Shown: positions 24,077 to 33,332 of the stretch, piece by piece | Layout: each line of letters starts with the position of its first letter | Position numbering within the stretch: the first letter of the stretch is position 1 | From: Acidimicrobiaceae bacterium | Lineage (GTDB): Bacteria > Actinomycetota > Acidimicrobiia > Acidimicrobiales > Aldehydirespiratoraceae | Reading direction: 5' to 3' | Assembly (NCBI GenBank): GCA_009837445.1 | Contig: VXTM01000039.1 | Span: forward strand, 6,408 to 70,407 | Length of the DNA stretch: 64,000 bases | The notes under the pieces: model-generated | What the model saw: the letters and a program-made list of their open reading frames with translations, nothing else | The model's database searches: none | What the model was told of the DNA's origin: nothing | Translations under genes and position numbers: made by a program

Positions 24077-25060
24077 ATGGCGGAGCAGCTCCTCGACGGC
24101 TTCGGGCGGGTCCACCGGGACCTGAGGATCTCGGTCACCGACCGGTGCAACTTCCGCTGCACCTACTGCATGCCCGCAGAGGGTCTCGAGTGGCTGCCCC
24201 GAGACGGGATCCTCACCTTCGAGGAGATCACCAGGCTGGCCCGGATCATGGTGGAGCGCTACGGCGTCAACGGCATCCGCCTTACCGGCGGCGAGCCCAC
24301 GGTGCGGGCCAACCTGCCCACGCTGGTCGGGATGCTGGCCGCGCTGGGCACGGACCTGGCCATGACCACTAACGGCGTGTCGCTGCCGTTGCTGGCCGCC
24401 GACCTGCGGGCCGCCGGCCTTCGCCGGGTGAACGTGTCGCTGGACTCGCTCCAGGCGTCCCGGTTCGCAGAGCTAACCCGCCGCGACGCCCTCGCCCGGG
24501 TGCTCGACGGCATCGAGGCCGCCCGCGACGCCGGCTTCGATCCGGTCAAGGTCAACTGCGTGGTGATGCGCGGCGTCAACGACGACGAGATCGCCGACTT
24601 CGTGGAGTTCGGACGGGCCAAGGGAGTCGAGGTCAGGTTCATCGAGTTCATGCCGCTCGACGCCGACGGCATCTGGACCAACGATCTGGTGGTTCCGGTC
24701 AACGAGATCCTGGCCCGGGTCAACGAGGCCAGCCCGGTGGAGCCGGTCGAGCGAACCTCAGCGCCGGCCAGCCGCTATCGCTTCGCCGACGGATCGGGCC
24801 ACGTCGGCATCGTCGCCTCGGTCAGCGACTCCTTCTGCTCGACCTGCGACCGGGTGCGTCTCACCGCCGACGGGCAGTTCCGCAACTGCCTCTTCGCGGT
24901 GACTGAGACGGATGTGCGGTCCCTGCTGCGGTCCGGCGCCGACGACGACGAGATCGCGGCCGCGCTGGAGGCGTCGGTGGCGTCGAAGTGGGCCGGTCAC
25001 CAGATCAACAGGGTGAACTTCATCAAGCCCCGCCGCTCCATGTCGCAGATCGGCGGCTGA
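24077..25060 (+). CDS. moaA: GTP 3',8-cyclase MoaA (radical SAM)
   Basis: RISVTDRCNFRCTYCMP (CxxxCxxC) and a C-terminal CSTCDRVRLTADG cluster. Confidence 0.95.
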   Translation: MAEQLLDGFGRVHRDLRISVTDRCNFRCTYCMPAEGLEWLPRDGILTFEEITRLARIMVERYGVNGIRLTGGEPTVRANLPTLVGMLAALGTDLAMTTNGVSLPLLAADLRAAGLRRVNVSLDSLQASRFAELTRRDALARVLDGIEAARDAGFDPVKVNCVVMRGVNDDEIADFVEFGRAKGVEVRFIEFMPLDADGIWTNDLVVPVNEILARVNEASPVEPVERTSAPASRYRFADGSGHVGIVASVSDSFCSTCDRVRLTADGQFRNCLFAVTETDVRSLLRSGADDDEIAAALEASVASKWAGHQINRVNFIKPRRSMSQIGG

Positions 25061-25071
25061 GAGGCCAAGGA

Positions 25072-25545
<474 letters not shown>

Positions 25546-25695
25546 TCGAGATCCACCACTTGGGTGTTGCTAGCTGCCATTCTTTTGGAGCCGTCGTCGC
25601 ATGTACGGGTCGTCGAAGCGGTGTGCGGTGCGTCTGGTGCGCACCCGCAAAGGCGTCGGCGTCTCGATCCGATCGAATGAGGAGGAAGCTGGCCT

Positions 25696-26178
25696 GTGAC
25701 TCTCATCGTGTTGGCGGTGTTGGCGACGGCGTGGCTGGGGTACTTCGTGCTGTGGTTCCGGGAGAGGCGGGCTTCTCAACCGGTTCGCAGCAACGGAGCC
25801 GTGAGCTTCAACCGTCCCTTCAAGTCGATGGACCGCAGCCATGGGTTCGCTGGCGGTCCCGGTAGTGGAGCCAGGCCCAGCGGCGAGTTGTTCGACGCGC
25901 CTAGGTCTGCCGGGCAGGCGCTGTCGCGTCGCCGTCAGGTGGTCGCGGTCCTCGGAGCGGTGGCCGTGGCCTCGCTGCTGGCTATTCCCGCTCTGGGAGG
26001 GGCTGCCCTGGCTGTCCACGTTCTGGCCGACGTGGCCCTCCTCCTGTTCACGTTCGGCGCCTCCCGCCGCCAGCAGGTCGCGGCTCCGGGCGTGGCCGAG
26101 GTGAGGCTTCTCTATCCGCAGCGGCCCTCGTCCAGCGAGGTTGTCGTAACGCCCTTGAGACGAGTCGTCAACGGCTGA
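25696..26178 (+). CDS. Hypothetical membrane protein (160 aa)
   Basis: GTG start preceded by GAGGAGGA. Has an N-terminal TM (LIVLAVLATAWLGYFVLWF) and a second TM pair. No family is recognised. Confidence 0.45.
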   Translation: MTLIVLAVLATAWLGYFVLWFRERRASQPVRSNGAVSFNRPFKSMDRSHGFAGGPGSGARPSGELFDAPRSAGQALSRRRQVVAVLGAVAVASLLAIPALGGAALAVHVLADVALLLFTFGASRRQQVAAPGVAEVRLLYPQRPSSSEVVVTPLRRVVNG

Positions 26179-26263
26179 AGCAGACCCGGCGATCCATCTC
26201 TTCATCGGGACCAGGGCGTAGTACATCAAGATGCGGACCCGCCGCTAAACTCGCCCCTTCCGC

Positions 26264-26338
26264 GGGGGTGTAGCTCAGTCTGGCTAGAGCGCCTCGGTCG
26301 CATCGAGGAGGCCAGGGGTTCGAATCCCCTCACCTCCA
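26264..26338 (+). tRNA. tRNA-Ala (anticodon CGC)
   Basis: I folded the cloverleaf by hand. The acceptor stem GGGGGTG/CACCTCC includes the G3:U70 Ala identity pair. The anticodon stem is CCTCG/CGAGG with loop gtCGCat. The T-loop is GGTTCGAATCC. CCA is not encoded. Confidence 0.9.
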
Positions 26339-26373
26339 CTCCGCCGGGAGGGTCCCGCTACGGGAGGGCCCTC

Positions 26374-27510
26374 TCAGTAGATGCCGGGGAAGATGCGGTA
26401 CTTGACCTTCGCCTGGTACTCGGCCCACTTCTCGGGGCCGTACTTCTGCTCGCACGCCCGCTCGTCGAAGCGCTGCCGGACGGTGAAGAAACTGATCACG
26501 AAGATGGAGTAGGTCCAGGCCCACAGGTTGCCGGGGTGGCCGAACACCAGGGCGAACGACACCGCCAGGATCCCCTCGCCCAGGTAGTTGAAGTGGCGGG
26601 CGGGGCGCCACCATCCGCTACACAGGATCTTGCGCTCGCCGGCCTCGATGTACTCCGGCTCGACCCAGAGGAACTTGCGGTCCGGCCACCGCTTGAACGT
26701 GTACTTCTGGAGGTTGGCGCCGCGCCCGATGGTCCACCCGCCCAGGAACAGCACGCACACTGCTATGAGCCAGAAGTAGGTGAGTCCGGTCGAGTAGCCG
26801 GGGTCGGGGTGGGCGGCCATGCCCCACAGCGGCAGGATGAACAGCCACCCGTAGGCCACCAGGCCGCCCCACCACAGCTTGAAGCCGATGTGCTCGTGGA
26901 TCAGGTCGTAGGTGTAGAGCTGGACCCGCTCCCAGATGAAGTAGTCGAAGGTGTAGAACGCCCAGAACGCGGCATACAGGTAGATACCCGGGTTGGCGTC
27001 GTCGCCGAAGCGGTTGTGGTGCCACACCGCCCCCGATAGGGCGTTGAGCGACAGCATCGTCCCGCCCACCACGTACCACCACATCTTGATGTCGATGCGG
27101 CCGCCGAACAGTTGCAGCTCCTGGGACCGGCCCTCCCACAGGGCCAGCCAGGGGTTGGTGATCTCGCCCTTGGGCTGGGTGAACACCGACCACACCGCGA
27201 AGATCGCGCAGAAGACCGTGCCCCCGACCACCGCCCACAACGACGACCGGTAGAACCAGTCGCGGGGCAGGTCGAAGAGCCCGAAGGCCCACACCAGATG
27301 CGCGATCGCGAACACCAGCAGCCCGTTGAGCCGGTAGTTGCGGGGCTCGCCGGTGTCGCGGTCCGTCACGTAGCCGGTGACCTTCCTCGCGGGCAGGATG
27401 ATCTGGAGCACGAAGAACACCGCGAAGATGATCAGCGGCGTGAAGAACGCCGCCACCGCCTCGCCGTTGGTCAGATCGGTCAGGTGCTCGATACCTAGCG
27501 CGTCAGCCAC
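26374..27510 (-). CDS. ERG4/ERG24 (sterol reductase)-family / DUF1295-like polytopic membrane protein
   Basis: Eight or more predicted TM segments. The C-terminal signature is WWRPARHFNYLGEGILAVSF...FTVRQRFDERACEQKYG (the family motif R-H-x-N-Y-x-G-E/D). Confidence 0.75.
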   Translation of the reverse strand: MADALGIEHLTDLTNGEAVAAFFTPLIIFAVFFVLQIILPARKVTGYVTDRDTGEPRNYRLNGLLVFAIAHLVWAFGLFDLPRDWFYRSSLWAVVGGTVFCAIFAVWSVFTQPKGEITNPWLALWEGRSQELQLFGGRIDIKMWWYVVGGTMLSLNALSGAVWHHNRFGDDANPGIYLYAAFWAFYTFDYFIWERVQLYTYDLIHEHIGFKLWWGGLVAYGWLFILPLWGMAAHPDPGYSTGLTYFWLIAVCVLFLGGWTIGRGANLQKYTFKRWPDRKFLWVEPEYIEAGERKILCSGWWRPARHFNYLGEGILAVSFALVFGHPGNLWAWTYSIFVISFFTVRQRFDERACEQKYGPEKWAEYQAKVKYRIFPGIY

Positions 27511-27552
27511 AGCGAAACGCCCCTTCCTTCAGTCAAGTTGTGGGTTGTGTCC

Positions 27553-28944
27553 TCAGTCGTCGAACTCCTCGGGCATGAGGACGAACTCGGGGTAGGTCTC
27601 GATGCCCAGTTCCGCCGTGTCCTGGCCGAGCCGCTCGGCTTCGGTGGACACCCGCAGCCCCATGGCCATGTCGAGGAGCTTCCACACGATCAGCGACGTG
27701 ACGAACACGAACGCGCCGATGGCCAGGATTCCGATGAGCTGGACATGGAACTTGGCGCCGCCCGCGATGCAGGCCGCCAGGGTTCCCCAGATGCCGCACA
27801 CGAGGTGGGCCGGGATGGCGCCGACCACGTCGTCGATCTTGATCTTCTCCAAGCCCTTGATGGCCAGGGTGCAGATGACGCCGCCGATGGCTCCGATGAT
27901 GACCGACCACCAATGATCGGTGAGGTCGGGAGCGGCCGTAATGGACACCAGCCCGGCGAGGGCTCCGTTGAGGCCCGCGAACAGGTCCATCCGGCCGAAG
28001 ATGGGACGGGACACGGCCAGTGCGGCTACCACCCCGGCCGCGGCGGCCAGGTTGGTGTTGACCAGGACGTTGCTCATGGCCACCGCGTCGGCGGCGCTTC
28101 CCAGAGCCAGCTGCGAGCCGCCGTTGAACCCGAACCACCCGAGCCACAGGATGAGTACGCCCAGCGTCACCAGCAGCACGTTGGACGGGGGCGTGGCCTT
28201 CACCGTCCCGTCCCTGCGGTACTTGCCGAGCCGGGGCCCGATGATGATCAGGCCGGCCAGCGCGGCCCAGCCGCCGGTGCTGTGAACGATGGTCGATCCG
28301 GCGAAGTCGACGAAGCCCTCCTCGGCCAGCCAGCCGCCGCCCCAGAACCAGGCGCCGACGATCGGGTAGATGAACGCGGTCAGGATCAGTGTGAAGGCGA
28401 AGAACGCCCACATCTTGATGCGCTCAGCGATAGCGCCGGAGACGATCGACGCCGCGGTGGCGACGAAGACCATCTGGAAGAACCAGTCCGACATGACCGC
28501 GTAGCCGTTGCCCACGACATCGGCGAGGTTCTCGACGGCGCCGTCGAGCAGGCCGATCTCGGCGTCGGAGGGGCCGTACAGGAACTGGAACGAGCCGATG
28601 ACGCTGCCCACGTCGACGTACATCAGGTTGTAGCCGATGAAGTAGTAGGCCAGGCCGGCGATCGAGTAGATGCCGATGTTCTTGAGGCAGATCATCGAGG
28701 CGTTCTTGGTGCGGACCGCTCCCGACTCCAGCATCGTGAAGCCGGCGCACATCCACATGACCAGCGCCCCCCAGATCAGGAACGCGAAGGTGTTGAGGAT
28801 GAATTGCAGCTCCTCGCGCGGCAGGCCTGCCGACCCGCCCGCTCCTGCGTCAGCCAGCGCGACCGCCGGCAGCGCTACCAGGAACGCAGCCGCCAGCAAC
28901 GCGATTCCGGCGACCTTCGTACCACGTTTCCGGATCGAAGTCAT
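27553..28944 (-). CDS. amt: Ammonium transporter (Amt family)
   Basis: FLIWGALVMWMCAGFTMLESGAVR, FAGSTIVHSTGGWAALAG, HLVCGIWGTL. The start was taken at MTSIRKRG (ATG at 28944), which is followed by a signal-like segment. Confidence 0.9.
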   Translation of the reverse strand: MTSIRKRGTKVAGIALLAAAFLVALPAVALADAGAGGSAGLPREELQFILNTFAFLIWGALVMWMCAGFTMLESGAVRTKNASMICLKNIGIYSIAGLAYYFIGYNLMYVDVGSVIGSFQFLYGPSDAEIGLLDGAVENLADVVGNGYAVMSDWFFQMVFVATAASIVSGAIAERIKMWAFFAFTLILTAFIYPIVGAWFWGGGWLAEEGFVDFAGSTIVHSTGGWAALAGLIIIGPRLGKYRRDGTVKATPPSNVLLVTLGVLILWLGWFGFNGGSQLALGSAADAVAMSNVLVNTNLAAAAGVVAALAVSRPIFGRMDLFAGLNGALAGLVSITAAPDLTDHWWSVIIGAIGGVICTLAIKGLEKIKIDDVVGAIPAHLVCGIWGTLAACIAGGAKFHVQLIGILAIGAFVFVTSLIVWKLLDMAMGLRVSTEAERLGQDTAELGIETYPEFVLMPEEFDD

Positions 28945-29017
28945 ACGCGCTACTCCTTTTGTCGAGGCACGGGCAAACCGGGCGCGACAGTAGCACCAAG
29001 AACTGATCTCAGTCCGT

Positions 29018-30127
29018 TCAGGTAACGGGATCGGCGATGGCGTCCGGGTGCAGGGGAGCGTAGAAGTCCCGGTTGGGCGCCAGCAGGTCGAACACCGTCT
29101 CATCGCAGGCCGGCAGCTCCACGTCGCAGCGGCCGAGCGGCTCCACCCGCTCGCCCCAGCGGGTCACTGTGGATCCCCAGGTCACGCCGCCGCCGAAGGC
29201 GGTCTGCACGACGATCGACCCCGGCCGGATCAGCCCCGCTTCTAGCGCGTCCACGAGCGCCATCGGAACCGACGCGGCCGCCGAGTTGCCGTGAGTGTCG
29301 ATGTTGAGCATCACCCGGTCGGTGTCGATGCCGAGCCGCCGGGCCGCCGCCGAGATGATCCGCTCATTGGCCTGGTGGGGGATCACCGCGTCGACGTCCG
29401 CGAGGTCAAGCCCCGCCTGGTCCAGCGCTCGCCGCGCCGACGCCGCGATGCCCTGGACGGCGATTTTGAACACGGCTTGGCCGTCGAAATGCAGCCGGTG
29501 CACGAATGGGTCGCGCACCGAACTCAACCGTCCCCTGGTGCCGAGGGTGGGGATCACCATGGTCCGTCCGGCCACGCCGTCGGCGCCGAGGTCGGCGGCG
29601 AGCACGCCCTCGCCGGTCTCCGACGGCTCGAGCACGGCCGCGCCCGCGCCGTCACCGAAGAGGATGCAGGTGGCCCGGTCCCAGTAGTCCATCACCCAGT
29701 GCAGCTTCTCGGCCCCCACCAGCAGGACGCGCTCGGCTACCCCGGCGGCGATCATTGACGATGCCGTGGCCGTGCCGTAGATCCACCCGCTGCACGCCGC
29801 GTTGAGGTCGAAGGCGGCCGCATTGACCGCGCCCAGGCGCTCCTGGAGGAAGCAGGCGTTGCTGGGGCAGGTGATCTCGGGCGTGACCGTCGCCAGGATG
29901 AGCATGTCGATGTCGGTGACCTCGAGGCCGGCGGCAGCCAGCGCTTTCAGGGCGGCCACCTCGGCCAGGTCGGTGGTCTCGACGTGGGAGATGCCCCGCT
30001 CGCGGATGCCGGTGCGCTCCACGATCCAGTCGTCGTCGGTGTCGACCAGTTGTTCGAGGTCGGCGTTGGTCAGCTTCACCGGGGGCACGCACTTGCCCCA
30101 CCCCGTGAAAGTCGCCCGCCTGGCCAT
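29018..30127 (-). CDS. Beta-ketoacyl-ACP synthase III (FabH-like) with ~45-aa C-terminal extension
   Basis: NAACSGWIYG (active-site Cys), IPHQANERI, THGNSAAASVP. Confidence 0.85.
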   Translation of the reverse strand: MARRATFTGWGKCVPPVKLTNADLEQLVDTDDDWIVERTGIRERGISHVETTDLAEVAALKALAAAGLEVTDIDMLILATVTPEITCPSNACFLQERLGAVNAAAFDLNAACSGWIYGTATASSMIAAGVAERVLLVGAEKLHWVMDYWDRATCILFGDGAGAAVLEPSETGEGVLAADLGADGVAGRTMVIPTLGTRGRLSSVRDPFVHRLHFDGQAVFKIAVQGIAASARRALDQAGLDLADVDAVIPHQANERIISAAARRLGIDTDRVMLNIDTHGNSAAASVPMALVDALEAGLIRPGSIVVQTAFGGGVTWGSTVTRWGERVEPLGRCDVELPACDETVFDLLAPNRDFYAPLHPDAIADPVT

Positions 30128-30135
30128 CGCAGCCG

Positions 30136-31395
30136 CTAGGACAGGTGGCCCCGGGCCAGCGCGAGCACCGTGTTCAACAGCACGTTGGCGCCGGCCACCA
30201 GATCGTCGGGCTCGGTGAACTCGGCCGGGTTGTGGCTGATGCCCTTGACGCTAGGCACGAACACCATGCCGGCAGGGCACACCTCGGCCAGTATCTGGGC
30301 GTCGTGGCCCGCCCCGGAGGGCATCCGGCGTACCGACAGTCCCAGCGCCGAGGCGGTGGACTCGACGAGTTCCACCACCCGGGGGTCGAAGACGACCGGT
30401 TCGAAGCGGGCCACCCACTTGGTGTCGATTTCGACCTCTTCCGACTCGGCTATCCGCTTGGTCTCCGCGAGCAGGCGCCGCTCAGCCGACTGCAGGTCGT
30501 CGTCGTCGGTGTTGCGAAGGTCGATGATGAGCTTGGCCCGGGCCGCCACCACGTTCACCAGGTCGGGGTGAAGCCTGAGGGCCCCCACCGTTCCCACCTG
30601 GGTGCCGCCCATCTCGTCAGCGATGCGCCGCACGGCCACGACCAGCTCACCCGCAGCCAAGCCCGCGTCGCGGCGCATGCTCATAGGGGTGGTTCCGGCG
30701 TGGTTCGACTGGCCCGTAATGCTGACCTCGGTCCAGGAGATGCCCTGGACGCCGGTCACCGCGCCGATACGCATGCCGTCGCGCTCCAGCACCGGACCCT
30801 GCTCGATATGGAGTTCGACGAATGCGTAGGGGGCCGGCCCCGGACACGGCATCGGGCCGCGGTAGCCGATGCGGTCCAACTCGTCGCCGACCGACTTCCC
30901 GTCGGCGTCGGTGGTCGACATGGCCTCCTCGACGGTCAGGCCGCCGGTGTAGCAGAGGCTGCCCATCATGTCGGGTGGGAAACGGGAGCCCTCCTCGTTG
31001 GTGAAGAAGGCCGCGGCCAGCGGGCGGTCGAGCTCGACGCCGCTCTCGATGGCCGTCTCGATCACCTCCAGCGCGGCCAGAACCCCCAGGTTGCCGTCGT
31101 ACTTGCCGCCGGTCGCCACCGTGTCGATGTGCGAGCCCATCATCACCGGCGGCCCCTCGCCTACGTCGGTCTGGACCGCGACGACATTGCCGATCGTGTC
31201 GATGCTCACGTCGAGGCCGAGGTCGCGCATCCAGGTGACCACCAGGTCACGGCCCTCCTTGTCGGCGTCGGTGAGAGCCAGGCGGTTGTTGCCCCCTCCC
31301 GCGATGGGGCCGATCTCGGCCAGGTCCCACAGCCTCCGCAGCAAGCGCTCGCCGTTGATTTCCAGGAGCTGTCGGTCGCCATCGAACCCGGCCAT
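30136..31395 (-). CDS. M20-family amidase (allantoate amidohydrolase / N-carbamoyl-L-amino-acid hydrolase type)
   Basis: MGSHIDTVATGGKYDGNLGV, EEGSRF, NHAGTTPM. The start was taken at MAGFDGD (ATG at 31395); the upstream 300 codons of the 722-aa ORF are antisense artefact over tlyA. Confidence 0.85.
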   Translation of the reverse strand: MAGFDGDRQLLEINGERLLRRLWDLAEIGPIAGGGNNRLALTDADKEGRDLVVTWMRDLGLDVSIDTIGNVVAVQTDVGEGPPVMMGSHIDTVATGGKYDGNLGVLAALEVIETAIESGVELDRPLAAAFFTNEEGSRFPPDMMGSLCYTGGLTVEEAMSTTDADGKSVGDELDRIGYRGPMPCPGPAPYAFVELHIEQGPVLERDGMRIGAVTGVQGISWTEVSITGQSNHAGTTPMSMRRDAGLAAGELVVAVRRIADEMGGTQVGTVGALRLHPDLVNVVAARAKLIIDLRNTDDDDLQSAERRLLAETKRIAESEEVEIDTKWVARFEPVVFDPRVVELVESTASALGLSVRRMPSGAGHDAQILAEVCPAGMVFVPSVKGISHNPAEFTEPDDLVAGANVLLNTVLALARGHLS

Positions 31396-31424
31396 CGGCG
31401 GCGAGGCTAGCCGAGGACCGCCGG

Positions 31425-31473
31425 GGAATTGGCAGCGAAATGCTCGCCATGCGTGCTCAACGCTGCCAATTCC
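31425..31473. repeat. Palindromic intergenic element GGAATTGGCAGCG-N23-CGCTGCCAATTCC, copy 2 of 3
   Basis: Read directly, with perfect 13-bp inverted arms. It lies in the divergent amidase/tlyA intergenic region. Confidence 0.75.
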
Positions 31474-31495
31474 GAGATCTGACGTGCCATCGGCA

Positions 31496-31544
31496 GGAAC
31501 TGGCAGCAAAATGCTCGCCATGCGTGCACAACGCTGCCAGTTCG
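31496..31544. repeat. Palindromic intergenic element, copy 3 of 3 (diverged arms GGAACTGGCAGCA...CGCTGCCAGTTCG; interior nearly identical to copy 2)
   Basis: Read directly. It is in tandem with copy 2, 22 nt downstream, and ends 7 nt before the tlyA ATG. Confidence 0.7.
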
Positions 31545-31551
31545 TGGGGAT

Positions 31552-32367
31552 ATGACGTCCAGGCGCCGCCGGCTCGACAGCGAGCTGGTGCGGCGGGGCA
31601 TGGCCGCCAGCCGCGGCGAGGCCGTCCGGCTCATTGAGGAGCGGCGGGTCACCGTCGGCGGGGCACCGGCCCACAAGCCGGCCCGGCTGGTGCATGCGGG
31701 CGACGCGGTGGAGGTGTCCGGCGATCCGCCCCGCTACGTGTCCCGTGGCGGGCAGAAGCTGGAGGCCGCCCTGGCTGGCTTCGGTATCGATCCCTCTGGG
31801 TGCCGGGCCATCGACATCGGCGCCTCCACCGGCGGGTTCACGGACTGCCTGCTCCAGCACGGCGCTACCGCGGTGGCCGCGGTCGATGTCGGTCGCAACC
31901 AGCTCCACGAGCGGCTGAGGGCCGACCCGAGGGTGGCGTCGCTGGAGCGCACCGACGTGCGGGGTCTGGAGGCCGCGGCTGCGGGAGGCCCGGCAGAGCT
32001 GGTGGTGGCCGATGTGTCGTTCATCTCGTTGAGGCTCATCGCGGCCGACCTGTGCCGGTTGGCCACCGCCGACATGGTCGTTCTGGTCAAGCCCCAGTTC
32101 GAGGCGGGCAAGGCCGAGGCCGACCGCGGCAGGGGCGTGATCCGCGACCCCGCGGTGTGGAGCCGGGCACTTGTCGAGGTCTGCCGCGCCGTTGTGGACG
32201 CCGGAGCGGCCATCATGGGGGTCATGGTCTCGCCTGTCACCGGCGCCGAGGGCAACGTGGAGTTCCTGCTGCACGCCCGCGTCGGCTCCGGCGCGGGCGT
32301 GCACGCCGATTTCGGTGAGGTCGTCGACGCCGCCGTGGCCCAGGCGATTGAGGTCGGGCGGGACTGA
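31552..32367 (+). CDS. tlyA: TlyA-family rRNA (cytidine-2'-O)-methyltransferase
   Basis: An S4-like N-terminus (RLDSELVRRGMAASRGEAVRLIEERRVTVGG) and the FtsJ-type motif DIGASTGGFTDCLLQHGA. Confidence 0.9.
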   Translation: MTSRRRRLDSELVRRGMAASRGEAVRLIEERRVTVGGAPAHKPARLVHAGDAVEVSGDPPRYVSRGGQKLEAALAGFGIDPSGCRAIDIGASTGGFTDCLLQHGATAVAAVDVGRNQLHERLRADPRVASLERTDVRGLEAAAAGGPAELVVADVSFISLRLIAADLCRLATADMVVLVKPQFEAGKAEADRGRGVIRDPAVWSRALVEVCRAVVDAGAAIMGVMVSPVTGAEGNVEFLLHARVGSGAGVHADFGEVVDAAVAQAIEVGRD

Positions 32368-33221
32368 TGGCGGTCATCGGCCTCATCGTCCACCAGGGCC
32401 GCCCCGAGGCGGCCGCCACGGCCCGGGACCTGTCGATGTGGCTGGTGGGGGAGGGCCACCGGGTCCGCATGCCGCCCGAAGAGGCCGCCGCGGTGTCGTG
32501 CCCGGACCTGGCGTGCAGCCCCGACCGATTCGCGCCGGGCCTGGACGCCGTCGTGACCCTGGGAGGCGACGGATCGATCCTTCGGGCGGTCGAGCTGGTC
32601 GGCGAGTCGGGAGTGCCCATCCTGGGCGTCAACTTCGGCCGCATGGCCTACCTCACCGAGGTCGCCCCGGAGGACGCCCGCTCGGCCATCGACCAGGTGC
32701 TGGCCGGCAACCACGACGTCGAGGAGCGGATGCTGCTCACCGTCGAGTTCGGCGAGCCGGGCCCCGGCCGCCAGCGCCATGTCGCTTTGAACGAGGCGGT
32801 GGTGGAGCGGCCCGCAGCCTCTTACGCGCTCCGGCTGGGTGTGGCGCTCAACGGCGAGCAGTTCACCACCTATGCGGCCGACGGCCTGATCGTGTCCACC
32901 CCGACCGGATCGACCGCCTACTCCCTGTCGGCCGGAGGGCCCGTGATCGACCCCACCCACCGGGCCCTGCTGCTGACGCCGGTCTCGCCGCACATGTTGT
33001 TCGACCGCTCCATGGTGGTGGCGGCCGACACCGAGTTGCGGCTCGAGGTCCTCACCGACCGGGGCGCGGTGCTGTCGGTGGACGGCCGCCGGCTGGCCGA
33101 GCTCGACCAGCACGACGCGGTGGTGTGCTCGGCGTCGCACCACCCGGCCCGGCTGGTCACCTTCGAGAGCCGCCGGTTCCACCAGGTGCTCAAGGCTAAG
33201 TTCGGAGTCAATGACCGCTGA
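32367..33221 (+). CDS. nadK: NAD kinase
   Basis: GGDGSILRA, NFGRMAYLTE, STPTGSTAYSLSAGGP. The ATG overlaps the tlyA stop. Confidence 0.9.
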   Translation: MAVIGLIVHQGRPEAAATARDLSMWLVGEGHRVRMPPEEAAAVSCPDLACSPDRFAPGLDAVVTLGGDGSILRAVELVGESGVPILGVNFGRMAYLTEVAPEDARSAIDQVLAGNHDVEERMLLTVEFGEPGPGRQRHVALNEAVVERPAASYALRLGVALNGEQFTTYAADGLIVSTPTGSTAYSLSAGGPVIDPTHRALLLTPVSPHMLFDRSMVVAADTELRLEVLTDRGAVLSVDGRRLAELDQHDAVVCSASHHPARLVTFESRRFHQVLKAKFGVNDR

Positions 33222-33332
33222 AGCCTGCCTGACTGTCAGAGGCCGAGCGAATTGGTGTGCGCGAAGGGCTTGCATGAGCGAGGCCGTGGCCCGAGCGGCC
33301 CGTGAGCTCAGCGAACAGGAGCGGGAATCCAA

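Noticed and set aside
27538-29025. 495-aa plus-strand ORF
   Set aside because: It is antisense to the ammonium transporter gene, with Gly/Asp/Arg/His-rich composition and no motifs.
31425-31544. Two 49-bp repeats as a mini CRISPR array
   Set aside because: There are only two copies. Each is an inverted-arm palindrome with a conserved interior, the spacer between them is 22 nt, and there are no cas genes. A third copy lies 12.5 kb away in another intergenic region. This fits a REP/MITE-like element, not CRISPR.
30136-32304. 722-aa minus-strand ORF
   Set aside because: Only the C-terminal 419 codons (from MAGFDGD at 31395) are the M20 amidase. The upstream part runs through the palindromic repeats and lies antisense to tlyA.
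33222-33332. SOS/LexA box or RecA-independent damage promoter upstream of recN
   Set aside because: Only a 5-bp palindrome (CTGACtGTCAG) and an isolated GAAC half-site are present. There is no full TCGAAC-N4-GTTCGA box, and the TGTCAG...N8...hexamer spacing does not fit the TGTCRGTG-N8-TAnnnT motif.
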